This document shows, piece by piece, positions 6,359-14,226 of a DNA stretch of 34,554 nt; position 1 is the first letter of the stretch; every line of letters starts with the position of its first letter. Position numbers and translations under genes: made by a program. The notes below the pieces were generated by a model. It did no database searches, was not told the DNA's origin, and worked only from the letters and a program-made list of their open reading frames with translations. This stretch comes from a phage. The DNA lies in NCBI GenBank assembly GCA_037431425.1, contig GCA_037431425.1_4129.4; one strand, given 5' to 3'.

Positions 6359-6760
6359 ATGACCTTCTCAATCACTTCCTTCGCTGACGTTTTAGTACTG
6401 GCTCGGACTTTTGGCAAAGCTGGCCTTGAGCACGCTGTAAGTAATGGTTATATGCACCCGGAATATTGCCGCATTATCGGTAGCTGCAAACGTTGGACCG
6501 TGTCCCGTAATATTGAGATTGAAAACTTCAATGATGGTAACAACGAATATACAGTTGATGCAGTATTCGAATCCGTTGATCTCGGCGGTATCTATAACAC
6601 TAACTTGAATGATGTGCGTATCGTTCGCACGGGGTTCGGTGCTTATGATGTATCTATCCGTGAAGCGATGGACAAGGGATACATTAGCAAGGATCAGTTA
6701 GCTTACATTATGCAGCAGACTAAAGAGCGTAATGAAGCACGCACTATCTTAGGTCTGTAA
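6359..6760 (+). CDS. hypothetical protein (133 aa)
   Basis: ATG 6359 after RBS AAGGAG; track start 6326 lies inside the hairpin. Confidence 0.7.
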   Translation: MTFSITSFADVLVLARTFGKAGLEHAVSNGYMHPEYCRIIGSCKRWTVSRNIEIENFNDGNNEYTVDAVFESVDLGGIYNTNLNDVRIVRTGFGAYDVSIREAMDKGYISKDQLAYIMQQTKERNEARTILGL

Positions 6761-6785
6761 GCATTACACATCACTAAACATCATA

Positions 6786-6806
6786 GGCCGCTCTCTAGCG
6801 GCCTTA
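6786..6806 (+). terminator. GC hairpin, possible weak terminator or RNA stabiliser
   Basis: GGCCGCT-ctct-AGCGGCC perfect 7-bp stem; only a short T run follows. Confidence 0.4.
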
Positions 6807-6828
6807 ACTATATCAGGAGTACATACAC

Positions 6829-7038
6829 ATGATCTATACAGTATACAGCGTTCTAGGCACTATTGCAGGTGTACACGATAACGTCGATGATACTATGAGT
6901 ACAGTACTGCAACAGGTTCCACTAAAGCCTAAGACAGTTAAGAAGATGACCGCACGACTAACCAGGGCGACGGCTGGCGTGGAAGTATGGCAGGACTACG
7001 GGGATACACAGGTAATCGTAAGCGTAACGAAGGATTAA
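6829..7038 (+). CDS. hypothetical protein (69 aa)
   Basis: ORF with RBS CAGGAGT. Confidence 0.6.
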   Translation: MIYTVYSVLGTIAGVHDNVDDTMSTVLQQVPLKPKTVKKMTARLTRATAGVEVWQDYGDTQVIVSVTKD

Positions 7039-7065
7039 TACGTAAAATGATTTAGTACTGATTCA

Positions 7066-7132
7066 GAAAAAAGTCAAGGCGTTTTTAAAATAATGCGTTA
7101 AAAAAATGCATAGGTAATCCCTTGACTTTTTT
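7066..7132. terminator. symmetric terminator-like inverted repeat with a 40-nt loop
   Basis: A6-AGTCAAGG ... CCTTGACT-T6: 8-bp stem (7072-7079 / 7120-7127) flanked by A and T tracts, potentially bidirectional. Confidence 0.4.
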
Positions 7133-7229
7133 GAAATAAAAGGGATTGGACTATGGCAAAATGCGTAGGGGGGCTAAAGTGCGGGTAACTTAGCGACTTC
7201 GATAAAGGGGTATTACGAATAAAATGTTA

Positions 7230-7257
7230 TTGACTTTTTATATAAATCGTATAAAAT
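7230..7257 (+). promoter_or_regulatory. sigma70-like promoter driving the family A array
   Basis: -35 TTGACT 7230-7235, 16-nt spacer, -10 TAAAAT 7252-7257; the only obvious promoter before 13923. Confidence 0.5.
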
Positions 7258-7287
7258 ATGATTGATAATAATTTTAAGGGAGTCCCT

Positions 7288-7485
7288 GTGCGTATTTTAA
7301 CTCAAGCAGAACACCACGAAAGACTTATCAATAACATGGCTATGATAATGTATAAGTCCCATGAACGTGGTATTGCCTATAAGCGTGAATTAGTACTGGA
7401 ACTATTCATTGGGACTAACTATCAGGAAAGGTATGTCAACGATTGGATTTGGTATTTAATTGAAGATATAACGAGTAAACTATGA
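7288..7485 (+). CDS. family A small protein
   Basis: Motif FIGTNYQERYV; GTG 7288 after RBS TAAGGGA preferred because track ATG 7258 lies upstream of the predicted transcription start. Confidence 0.6.
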   Translation: MRILTQAEHHERLINNMAMIMYKSHERGIAYKRELVLELFIGTNYQERYVNDWIWYLIEDITSKL

Positions 7486-7676
7486 TAATTTTAACTAAAG
7501 AAGAATATCAATCACTGTTACGTAAAAACTACGTAAAGATTTACAATACAGACACACACGTAGAACGAATGGAGTTATACCTTTTGATTACATTGGGAAC
7601 TAACTATCAGGAAAGATGGGTGATTCAATATATGGATACATTGAAAAATAAAATATTGTCCACGAGGAAACAATGA
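7482..7676 (+). CDS. family A small protein
   Basis: Motif TLGTNYQERWV; ATGA overlap with upstream stop. Confidence 0.7.
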   Translation: MIILTKEEYQSLLRKNYVKIYNTDTHVERMELYLLITLGTNYQERWVIQYMDTLKNKILSTRKQ

Positions 7677-7882
7677 AAACTATAACACGAACCAAATCAT
7701 TAGGTCTTATCTTGAAATACATGGACTTAATGGTGGATATCAGCAAAGACCTTCCTAAAACTGCAATTGATGTTGCAAGAGCAGAGTACCGTCTATTAGC
7801 AGTACTGAATACTAACTATCAGGATGAATATGTTGACGATTGGATTCTATCATTAAAAAAAGATATAAAGAGTAAACTATGA
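7673..7882 (+). CDS. family A small protein
   Basis: Motif LNTNYQDEYV; ATGA overlap. Confidence 0.7.
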   Translation: MKTITRTKSLGLILKYMDLMVDISKDLPKTAIDVARAEYRLLAVLNTNYQDEYVDDWILSLKKDIKSKL

Positions 7883-8091
7883 TTTTTTTAACGCCAGAAG
7901 AATATAAGAAACGTTTTAGTTCGGTCCAGATAGAAATCTTACTTATATACAATTCAAATGCAAACCTTGACTTATCAAGAGTATTAGAAAAAGATTTACT
8001 TATGGGTGCATTTTTGGATACAGACTTTCAGGAGTATTATGTAGGGGAATATTTAATTGCACTCAAGAATTACATAAAGAGCAAACTATGA
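7879..8091 (+). CDS. family A small protein
   Basis: Motif FLDTDFQEYYV; ATGA overlap. Confidence 0.7.
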   Translation: MIFLTPEEYKKRFSSVQIEILLIYNSNANLDLSRVLEKDLLMGAFLDTDFQEYYVGEYLIALKNYIKSKL

Positions 8092-8300
8092 ATATCATTA
8101 ACTCAAATCAATATACAGAACGTGTTGCGGCAAGGCAACTTGAAATCCTCACAATATATGAAGAGACTGATGATTTAAACTTAGCATTAGCATTGGAAAA
8201 TGATATACTATTGGGTGCATTCCTTGGTACTAACTATCAGGAGCATTACTTGAATGAGTATATAATTGTCCTTCAAAAATACATAAAGAGCAAACTATGA
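8088..8300 (+). CDS. family A small protein
   Basis: Motif FLGTNYQEHYL; close paralog of 7879..8091; ATGA overlap. Confidence 0.7.
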   Translation: MNIINSNQYTERVAARQLEILTIYEETDDLNLALALENDILLGAFLGTNYQEHYLNEYIIVLQKYIKSKL

Positions 8301-8554
8301 AACACATAACTGATGATGAACATGAAACTATAATTCGTAAACTAACCCCCATCACAAGGATAGTCTACGGTGATCCCAGCCTCACATGGAACCAAATGCG
8401 AGCTAAAGTTAATGAGATATGGTTGCTGTACTTTATGGGGACTCAATATCAAGATAAGTTTTGCACAGAATATATCGAACAATTAATGAATGTTATACAG
8501 GATAAACTAAATGAACGAATTGTGGAAAAATATGAAAACTTTATCAAGCATTGA
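8297..8554 (+). CDS. family A small protein (C-terminally extended)
   Basis: Motif FMGTQYQDKF; usual stop after the DKL ending is absent, so the ORF reads 13 codons into the next gene. Confidence 0.65.
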   Translation: MKHITDDEHETIIRKLTPITRIVYGDPSLTWNQMRAKVNEIWLLYFMGTQYQDKFCTEYIEQLMNVIQDKLNERIVEKYENFIKH

Positions 8555-8783
8555 GTATCAGACTGCCCTCTTCTCTCTTCTAAACACCCTCCGCACGAAC
8601 AATAAACTTTATAATTCCCGTGAAGCTGATATTGTCAACGCTGATGTATATCTTAATAAATTTATAGGAACTAACTATCAAGAACTGTTTGTTTTACGAT
8701 ATATCTCTGCATTAAGAAACGAAATATCAGATAAAACCCGACAAGCCAGAAGAGAATGGAAGAAACAATGCGACACAGACTAA
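8511..8783 (+). CDS. family A small protein
   Basis: Motif FIGTNYQELFV; start lies within the 3' end of the previous ORF. Confidence 0.6.
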   Translation: MNELWKNMKTLSSIEYQTALFSLLNTLRTNNKLYNSREADIVNADVYLNKFIGTNYQELFVLRYISALRNEISDKTRQARREWKKQCDTD

Positions 8784-9019
8784 ATCACAAAATGTATTGT
8801 AAACTATTACAGGAACTGGCACAGAAACACTATAATACAATATCTTCCATATTACCCTATGATATCATGCGTTTAATTCATAGTGAGGCAGAGATGTTAG
8901 TACTGATGACCGGTACTGATAAAACAGCAATCACCAGATCGATAGAGCAATATATTGATGCACACTGTCAATGTATTAGAACTGAGATATGGAGGCGAGT
9001 AAATGAAAGTACTGAATGA
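8756..9019 (+). CDS. family A small protein (degenerate motif)
   Basis: Motif position reads LMTGTDK; start uncertain (ATG 8756 or 8768). Confidence 0.55.
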   Translation: MEETMRHRLNHKMYCKLLQELAQKHYNTISSILPYDIMRLIHSEAEMLVLMTGTDKTAITRSIEQYIDAHCQCIRTEIWRRVNESTE

Positions 9020-9218
9020 GTATCAGTATCATTGGAGGTTACAAGCTATAAGAGGGAAAGTTGTTAGTATTTCTTTAGACAAGTCTATTGCACAAGAGGA
9101 CAAATGTGTTATAATAGCTGAAATGAAGTTGGGTGTATTTGTAGGAACAAACTATCAAAACATCTACACTGACGTATTATTAAGTGCCTTACGCAACAAG
9201 GTGTTATCCAGAGAATGA
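9003..9218 (+). CDS. family A small protein
   Basis: Motif FVGTNYQNIY. Confidence 0.65.
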   Translation: MKVLNEYQYHWRLQAIRGKVVSISLDKSIAQEDKCVIIAEMKLGVFVGTNYQNIYTDVLLSALRNKVLSRE

Positions 9219-9433
9219 GAAAATTAATAGGTTACGAATATGTTAAGCTTCTAAAAACCTGTAGTAGTAGCAGGGTAAAGATTCAATCTGATAAGAGTAT
9301 TCCTGTTGATCTAAAGCACGCAATGATGGCTGAACTTTATGTAGGTGCACTATTGGGGACAAACTATCAACAAATGTATGTAGACCTATGGGTTGACGCT
9401 CTACTGAAAGAGGTCCAAAGTAAATGCAAATGA
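9215..9433 (+). CDS. family A small protein
   Basis: Motif LLGTNYQQMYV; ATGA overlap. Confidence 0.7.
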   Translation: MRKLIGYEYVKLLKTCSSSRVKIQSDKSIPVDLKHAMMAELYVGALLGTNYQQMYVDLWVDALLKEVQSKCK

Positions 9434-9642
9434 TTCATTTAAGTAAAGATGAATATTATGTTCGTCTTGCAAAAACTTATCCAGCACGTAACGCCGTTTA
9501 TAATAGTAACATTATTGAACGCTCAAAGAAGTTGATTGTAGTAAATGAGATTAAGATGCTTTCAGTCTTAGGAACAAACTATCAAGAGAATGCTGTACTG
9601 ATGTTAATTGATGCCCTCCAGAGAGAGATACAAAGTAAATGA
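9430..9642 (+). CDS. family A small protein
   Basis: Motif VLGTNYQENAV; ATGA-overlap start chosen (track ATG 9424 also possible). Confidence 0.65.
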   Translation: MIHLSKDEYYVRLAKTYPARNAVYNSNIIERSKKLIVVNEIKMLSVLGTNYQENAVLMLIDALQREIQSK

Positions 9643-9878
9643 TTAATTTATCTTTCCATGAATATCAAAAACGTTTAAATGCATCAAGGGATATAAGGAT
9701 TCAAATCTTCAATAACAAAAAATTGAAACCTGACACCAGAAGAATCAAAATAATAGAAGCAGAGTTATGTAACTTCCTGGGGACGAACCATCAGGAAGGT
9801 AAGATAAAAAACTATCTTAGAGAACTCATGATTTGTATCGAAAATAAATGTGATGCTTTGGAGAATAAAAATGATTAA
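9639..9878 (+). CDS. family A small protein
   Basis: Motif FLGTNHQEGKI; ATGA overlap. Confidence 0.7.
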   Translation: MINLSFHEYQKRLNASRDIRIQIFNNKKLKPDTRRIKIIEAELCNFLGTNHQEGKIKNYLRELMICIENKCDALENKND

Positions 9879-10116
9879 ATTATCTCAAGCAAAATATAAA
9901 GAACGCCTGGTGAAAATTGCACCTAGACTTAATGAAATCCATCACGGAGAAGTCATTAAACACGGAAATAAGATGATTATGAAACTTGAGTTAAAGGTGG
10001 GTGCATTCATAGGAACAAACTATCAGGAGTATTATGTAGATGAATACATAATCGCACTTAAGAGATACATTGGAAGAAAACTATATCTACAAACTAAAGA
10101 ATTGTATTGCAAATAA
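9871..10116 (+). CDS. family A small protein
   Basis: Motif FIGTNYQEYYV; ATG 9871 (MIKLSQAKY) preferred over track start 9850. Confidence 0.65.
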   Translation: MIKLSQAKYKERLVKIAPRLNEIHHGEVIKHGNKMIMKLELKVGAFIGTNYQEYYVDEYIIALKRYIGRKLYLQTKELYCK

Positions 10117-10133
10117 ATGCAAGGATAATGAAT

Positions 10134-10397
10134 ATGAAAATGATCAATTTAAGTAAAGATGAATATACCGAGCGTATGACAAAAATTATGCACAAACGTA
10201 ATACAATCTATCACAACCAAAAAATTCAACACAGTAAGAAAATGATTATGATGCGTGAGTTAAAGATGGGTGTATTCTTGGGAACAAACTATCAAGAGCC
10301 AGAAGTAAATCGATTAATTGCTGAGTTACTAATGGAAATCAAAGGTAAGCTGTACTTTTATCAAATGACCCGACCACTGAGGTGTACTGAACGATGA
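10134..10397 (+). CDS. family A small protein
   Basis: Motif FLGTNYQEPEV; ATG 10134 after RBS AAGGA; track start 10107 is TTG. Confidence 0.65.
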   Translation: MKMINLSKDEYTERMTKIMHKRNTIYHNQKIQHSKKMIMMRELKMGVFLGTNYQEPEVNRLIAELLMEIKGKLYFYQMTRPLRCTER

Positions 10398-10645
10398 GTA
10401 CTATGAATAAAATTAATAACATCAGATTATCAGAAAGATTTGATAGAATTGGTGAAGCCAGTAGAAGATACAATAGGGAATATGGTCATTTAAGCTTTTC
10501 TTTGGAAAAGAGATATGAACTTGAAGCAGAGTTTAAAATGCAGAGTCTCTTAGGTACACAGTACCAAGATCATTATGTAGAAAATTGGATTTCACTTCTA
10601 ATCCAATCAATTTATGTAAGGAGTATTAAATGCAAAATGGAATGA
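10394..10645 (+). CDS. family A small protein
   Basis: Motif LLGTQYQDHYV; ATGA overlap. Confidence 0.7.
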   Translation: MSTMNKINNIRLSERFDRIGEASRRYNREYGHLSFSLEKRYELEAEFKMQSLLGTQYQDHYVENWISLLIQSIYVRSIKCKME

Positions 10646-10860
10646 TATACTTAACCAACGAAGAATTTCAAGAAAAAATGATTAAATCAGGTAAGATTAC
10701 TCTTGAACATATACCAAATCAATCAGTATATGAAGTAGCAGCGAATGTATTGTTTCAGAAGCTACCGTACTTTCTGGGAACAGATAAACAAGAATTTTTG
10801 GTACAAAATATGATTGAGCATCTTCTAATGAGTATTAGGGAAAAAGTAAATGCAACATGA
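10642..10860 (+). CDS. family A small protein
   Basis: Motif FLGTDKQEFLV; ATGA-overlap start (track 10630 possible). Confidence 0.65.
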   Translation: MIYLTNEEFQEKMIKSGKITLEHIPNQSVYEVAANVLFQKLPYFLGTDKQEFLVQNMIEHLLMSIREKVNAT

Positions 10861-11110
10861 AATTATATACTTAACACATGATGAGTTAAAAGAAAGACTA
10901 GATAAATCCAAAAGACTTACAAATCAACTTCCTCACAACCCAAACCAAACCCCAGCGGAAAGGAGTGCAGAAGTTTTATTCCAGTCTTTGCCATACCTTC
11001 TTGGAACTGATAGGCAGGAGTATCACGTTGAACGTATAATTAAATATCTTAAAATTACTATTCAGGAAAAGATATATGAACATCAATATAAAAATCTTGA
11101 CGGTCAATGA
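10850..11110 (+). CDS. family A small protein
   Basis: Motif LLGTDRQEYHV; close paralog of 10642..10860. Confidence 0.65.
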   Translation: MQHEIIYLTHDELKERLDKSKRLTNQLPHNPNQTPAERSAEVLFQSLPYLLGTDRQEYHVERIIKYLKITIQEKIYEHQYKNLDGQ

Positions 11111-11327
11111 ATATCATAATATTATAATGAAGACTAATAGTGCAATTTCTAAAAAATCAAATCCAAAATACATACTGGAGCACACATTTGAAGAACGTCA
11201 ATTAGCTTTAGTTGAAGCAAAACTTCTTGCACTCCTAGGAACAAACTATCAAGAAGAGTACGTTAGAAAACTAATATACCTTTTAACTAAACACATCAGG
11301 AAAAGAAATTCAGTACTTGACCGATGA
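11076..11327 (+). CDS. family A small protein
   Basis: Motif LLGTNYQEEYV; 35-nt overlap with previous ORF. Confidence 0.6.
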   Translation: MNINIKILTVNEYHNIIMKTNSAISKKSNPKYILEHTFEERQLALVEAKLLALLGTNYQEEYVRKLIYLLTKHIRKRNSVLDR

Positions 11328-11517
11328 CGAATACGGTGTTATCATCCTTGATGTTATCAATAAAGAATACCACAGGAAACAACGTTACGCTTGTTATGAA
11401 GATAAGCAACTTTCTATAGCTGAACAACAATTAGTTCATTTATTAGGAACAAACTATCAAGAACAATGCACTGAACGTTACCTGTATCTTCTGTCGAGGA
11501 AAGCACAAAGATTATGA
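11317..11517 (+). CDS. family A small protein (non-ATG start)
   Basis: Motif LLGTNYQEQCT; the only in-frame start is TTG 11317. Confidence 0.5.
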   Translation: MTDDEYGVIILDVINKEYHRKQRYACYEDKQLSIAEQQLVHLLGTNYQEQCTERYLYLLSRKAQRL

Positions 11518-11729
11518 AAATTTTAAGCCACAGTGAACAAACAGAATTGTTAATCTTTAATACAAGTAAATTCTTAAACATAACATTGTCTGATATAGAT
11601 GAGGATGAAAAAGAGTTACTTAGAGCAGATTTAAGAGTTCTTTTATATATTGGAACTAACTTCCAAGAGCAATTCGTCGAGGACTACATCGATGAACTAA
11701 AGTCTGCTATCCAACGGAAATACAAATGA
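11514..11729 (+). CDS. family A small protein
   Basis: Motif YIGTNFQEQFV; ATGA overlap. Confidence 0.7.
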   Translation: MKILSHSEQTELLIFNTSKFLNITLSDIDEDEKELLRADLRVLLYIGTNFQEQFVEDYIDELKSAIQRKYK

Positions 11730-11971
11730 AAATTCTTTCAAGTTCTGAATACCACGAACTATTAAGTAGTTTAATTCTAAAGTTGTTTATAACAAAAAGT
11801 ACAAAATTACCGGATGAAGAAGTACGTATTCTAGTAAGTGAAGTATATGTTAAAGCTACACTAGGAACTAATTATCAAGAATGTAATATTAATGATTATA
11901 TCAATGATCTAAAAAGGTATATACAAAACAAATGCGAATCATTACCGAAACAGAATACCGAACAATCATAA
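11726..11971 (+). CDS. family A small protein
   Basis: Motif TLGTNYQECNI; ATGA overlap. Confidence 0.7.
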   Translation: MKILSSSEYHELLSSLILKLFITKSTKLPDEEVRILVSEVYVKATLGTNYQECNINDYINDLKRYIQNKCESLPKQNTEQS

Positions 11972-12159
11972 ATGGACTGTTTTTGAAGTTATTTGCCATT
12001 AACACATCAAAACTACCAGATACGGATAAAATTATTAAGTTAAATGAAATCTACGTTCAAGCAACTCTAGGAACTAACTATCAAGAAGCCAATGTTTATA
12101 ATTACATTAATACACTTAAACGAGAGATTGAACTAAAATGCCAATACACAAACCCCTAG
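11932..12159 (+). CDS. family A small protein
   Basis: Motif TLGTNYQEANV; close paralog of 11726..11971. Confidence 0.65.
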   Translation: MRIITETEYRTIINGLFLKLFAINTSKLPDTDKIIKLNEIYVQATLGTNYQEANVYNYINTLKREIELKCQYTNP

Positions 12160-12359
12160 GAACAGCAGAATACATTGAACTAATGGCAGCAAACTTCTCA
12201 TCCTTTAAGAAACTGATGCAAGAATCAAATAATGATTTAGAATATCATATCAAAAGTTCAGATTTAAGATTGCTACTCACTCTAGGAACAGACAGTCAGT
12301 ACAAATTCGTACAGGAACATATTAGAGCACTTTTAAATGGCATCAGGGCTAAACTATGA
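12138..12359 (+). CDS. family A small protein
   Basis: Motif TLGTDSQYKFV. Confidence 0.65.
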   Translation: MPIHKPLGTAEYIELMAANFSSFKKLMQESNNDLEYHIKSSDLRLLLTLGTDSQYKFVQEHIRALLNGIRAKL

Positions 12360-12571
12360 AGGAAATATCAAACCAAGAGTACTTGGCACTATTCAGAAAA
12401 AATAGTCAAGAATTTTTGAATATTGATACAAGGACTGATATAAGTGAACTTGAAAAAAATCTTTTGCGTTCAGAGATGATAGTACTGACACTCTTAGGAA
12501 CACAACATCAAGAGAGAACTGTTGATTCATATATTGAGATTCTTAAGAAGCTTATACAGGAAAAACTATGA
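12356..12571 (+). CDS. family A small protein
   Basis: Motif LLGTQHQERTV; ATGA overlap. Confidence 0.7.
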   Translation: MKEISNQEYLALFRKNSQEFLNIDTRTDISELEKNLLRSEMIVLTLLGTQHQERTVDSYIEILKKLIQEKL

Positions 12572-12789
12572 GAATCATAACACAACAAGATATGTTTAAG
12601 TTAGCAAGAGATTATACACCTGAATTTAATGCTATAGTATTAAAAAGTTACGATGACCCTTATACACAAGATGTACACTACAATGAATTATGGGTGTATA
12701 TACTTTTAGGTACAAATTATCAAGAGCAAGCAATACAGAGGTATTTGTTAGCTTTACGTGATGCTACTGCTAATGGAGTGATTGTTTAA
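12568..12789 (+). CDS. family A small protein
   Basis: Motif LLGTNYQEQAI; ATGA overlap. Confidence 0.7.
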   Translation: MRIITQQDMFKLARDYTPEFNAIVLKSYDDPYTQDVHYNELWVYILLGTNYQEQAIQRYLLALRDATANGVIV

Positions 12790-12790
12790 T

Positions 12791-13033
12791 ATGAAAGTAC
12801 TATCTGAATTACAAATGGGACAGAGATTTAATAAGTACTATCATTTACTGAAACCTATACAGAGGATTAAATGTTCTTATGATGAGAAACAGGTTTTAAT
12901 TTATGAGCACAAGTTCTTTGTATCATTAGGTACGAATCATCAAGAGTACTATTTGAAGTTGTACTTGATTACATTAATAGATTTAATTCACTATAAAACC
13001 AAACAAGCTAATAAAGAGAAATATGAAAACTAA
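12791..13033 (+). CDS. family A small protein
   Basis: Motif SLGTNHQEYYL; ATG 12791 directly after upstream TAA (track start 12782 is TTG). Confidence 0.65.
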   Translation: MKVLSELQMGQRFNKYYHLLKPIQRIKCSYDEKQVLIYEHKFFVSLGTNHQEYYLKLYLITLIDLIHYKTKQANKEKYEN

Positions 13034-13367
13034 TATACAACTCAAGGTGTATAAATCCTATGAACATATATATATCAAAAGTAGTCTATGTAGAGATGTA
13101 ATGGACTACAAGGGTAAGCCATTCACAATTACGTATGATTCTTATATTAATGATTTATATATATCATTTGTTAATTACGAAAATAAAATATACAAGCACG
13201 TTGATATTAAAGATTTAAGTACTTTATCACCAGAGGAATACTTTCAAGAATCATTAGTATGGGATTTAGAATTTCCTATGCCATTAGTACATAAAATGAT
13301 AGTACTAATGAAAGAAGCTAAACAGAAGCCTAATGGTGATTATGAAGAACACATTATTGAGTACTAA
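13023..13367 (+). CDS. family B protein
   Basis: Motif LSPEEYFQESLVWD; first family B member, embedded in the family A array. Confidence 0.65.
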   Translation: MKTNIQLKVYKSYEHIYIKSSLCRDVMDYKGKPFTITYDSYINDLYISFVNYENKIYKHVDIKDLSTLSPEEYFQESLVWDLEFPMPLVHKMIVLMKEAKQKPNGDYEEHIIEY

Positions 13368-13370
13368 ACA

Positions 13371-13595
13371 ATGAAAATATTATCATACGAAGATTACCGC
13401 AAGCTTCGCGGTATTTTGCGACCAGAAATTCAAAGAATTAATTCTCTTCCTATATCTAATGCAGAATGTTCAGTACTGAAAGATGAGTTAATATTAAAAC
13501 ACACAGTAGGAACTAACTATCAAGCTGATAGTGTTCGATATCTAATTTGGGGATTAATATGCATAGTAAAGGAAAAACAAGCTCAAGTACTGTGA
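13371..13595 (+). CDS. family A small protein
   Basis: Motif TVGTNYQADSV. Confidence 0.65.
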   Translation: MKILSYEDYRKLRGILRPEIQRINSLPISNAECSVLKDELILKHTVGTNYQADSVRYLIWGLICIVKEKQAQVL

Positions 13596-13921
13596 CAATC
13601 GAAGTGAATTCTATTAATGCTGGTAATGCAGTAGATAAGTTCTTTATTGCTCAAGGATACAGGAAAGATATTCATCAATATTGTTCAGTATATGGGGAGT
13701 ACAATAGTACTGAAGATATAATTTATTGGTCAACACATCAAGATTATCTAACTAAAATTGGTATTCCAGATGTTAGTACTTTATCTGAAGAAGAATACTT
13801 TCAGTACAGCTTAGTACATGATTTACCTATACCTTTAGGGTTAATTAAGGGTATGCAGGAAGAGGTTCATAAGCTTAAATCCATGAGTAAAGGTACTTTC
13901 ATTAGAACAGTGCAATACTAG
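13547..13921 (+). CDS. family B protein
   Basis: Motif LSEEEYFQYSLVHD; start uncertain (13547 or 13559). Confidence 0.6.
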   Translation: MGINMHSKGKTSSSTVTIEVNSINAGNAVDKFFIAQGYRKDIHQYCSVYGEYNSTEDIIYWSTHQDYLTKIGIPDVSTLSEEEYFQYSLVHDLPIPLGLIKGMQEEVHKLKSMSKGTFIRTVQY

Positions 13922-13922
13922 C

Positions 13923-13951
13923 TTGACAGTACTTTTCATTACTGATATAGT
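13923..13951 (+). promoter_or_regulatory. sigma70-like promoter
   Basis: -35 TTGACA 13923-13928, 17-nt spacer, -10 TATAGT 13946-13951. Confidence 0.55.
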
Positions 13952-13980
13952 ACACTAACGTTAATCATAGGGTAAAAATT

Positions 13981-14226
13981 ATGTTAAAATTTTTAAATTT
14001 CCTTATCGTCTTGTGTATTATTTTTGGGATTGCACCATTTGTATTGTATTTCATGGATTCAGATGAGATGCAGAAGATGAATTGCACAAAGACTGGACAG
14101 AGTAGAGAAGAGACGATTCTTATGCCTGTTACGGTTATTGTTAACAACATGCCCATTACAAACATGGTCCCTACCCTAACGACAAGGTGGCAGTACTCTT
14201 GTACAGACGGGGAGAGGTGGAGATGA
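13981..14226 (+). CDS. small putative membrane protein (81 aa)
   Basis: Hydrophobic N-terminal stretch LNFLIVLCIIFGIAPFVLYF consistent with one transmembrane helix; has its own promoter. Confidence 0.55.
   Translation: MLKFLNFLIVLCIIFGIAPFVLYFMDSDEMQKMNCTKTGQSREETILMPVTVIVNNMPITNMVPTLTTRWQYSCTDGERWR

Larger units (their letters stand above)
7288..13595 (+). other. tandem array of family A paralogous small genes (27 contiguous members plus 3 outliers elsewhere)
   Basis: Consecutive 190-270-bp ORFs sharing a C-terminal LGTNYQE-type motif, mostly joined by overlapping stop/start codons. Confidence 0.8.

Noticed and set aside
4462-7258. ORF-track start codons at 4462, 5114, 5901, 6326 and 7258
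   Set aside because: These ATGs fall inside the promoter -10/hairpin region or upstream of the predicted transcription start; an in-frame downstream ATG/GTG with a proper RBS exists in each case and was used instead.
7040-7260. tRNA or other structured RNA gene in the long non-coding gap
   Set aside because: No recognisable T-arm (GTTCRANYC-like) or cloverleaf-compatible arrangement seen by eye; only terminator-like inverted repeats.
7288-13595. Possibility that the regular ~210-bp periodic repeats are a CRISPR array or non-coding satellite
   Set aside because: Repeat units are full-length ORFs with RBS/ATGA junctions and conservation at the protein level (motif retained through synonymous and conservative changes), not short identical direct repeats separated by unique spacers.
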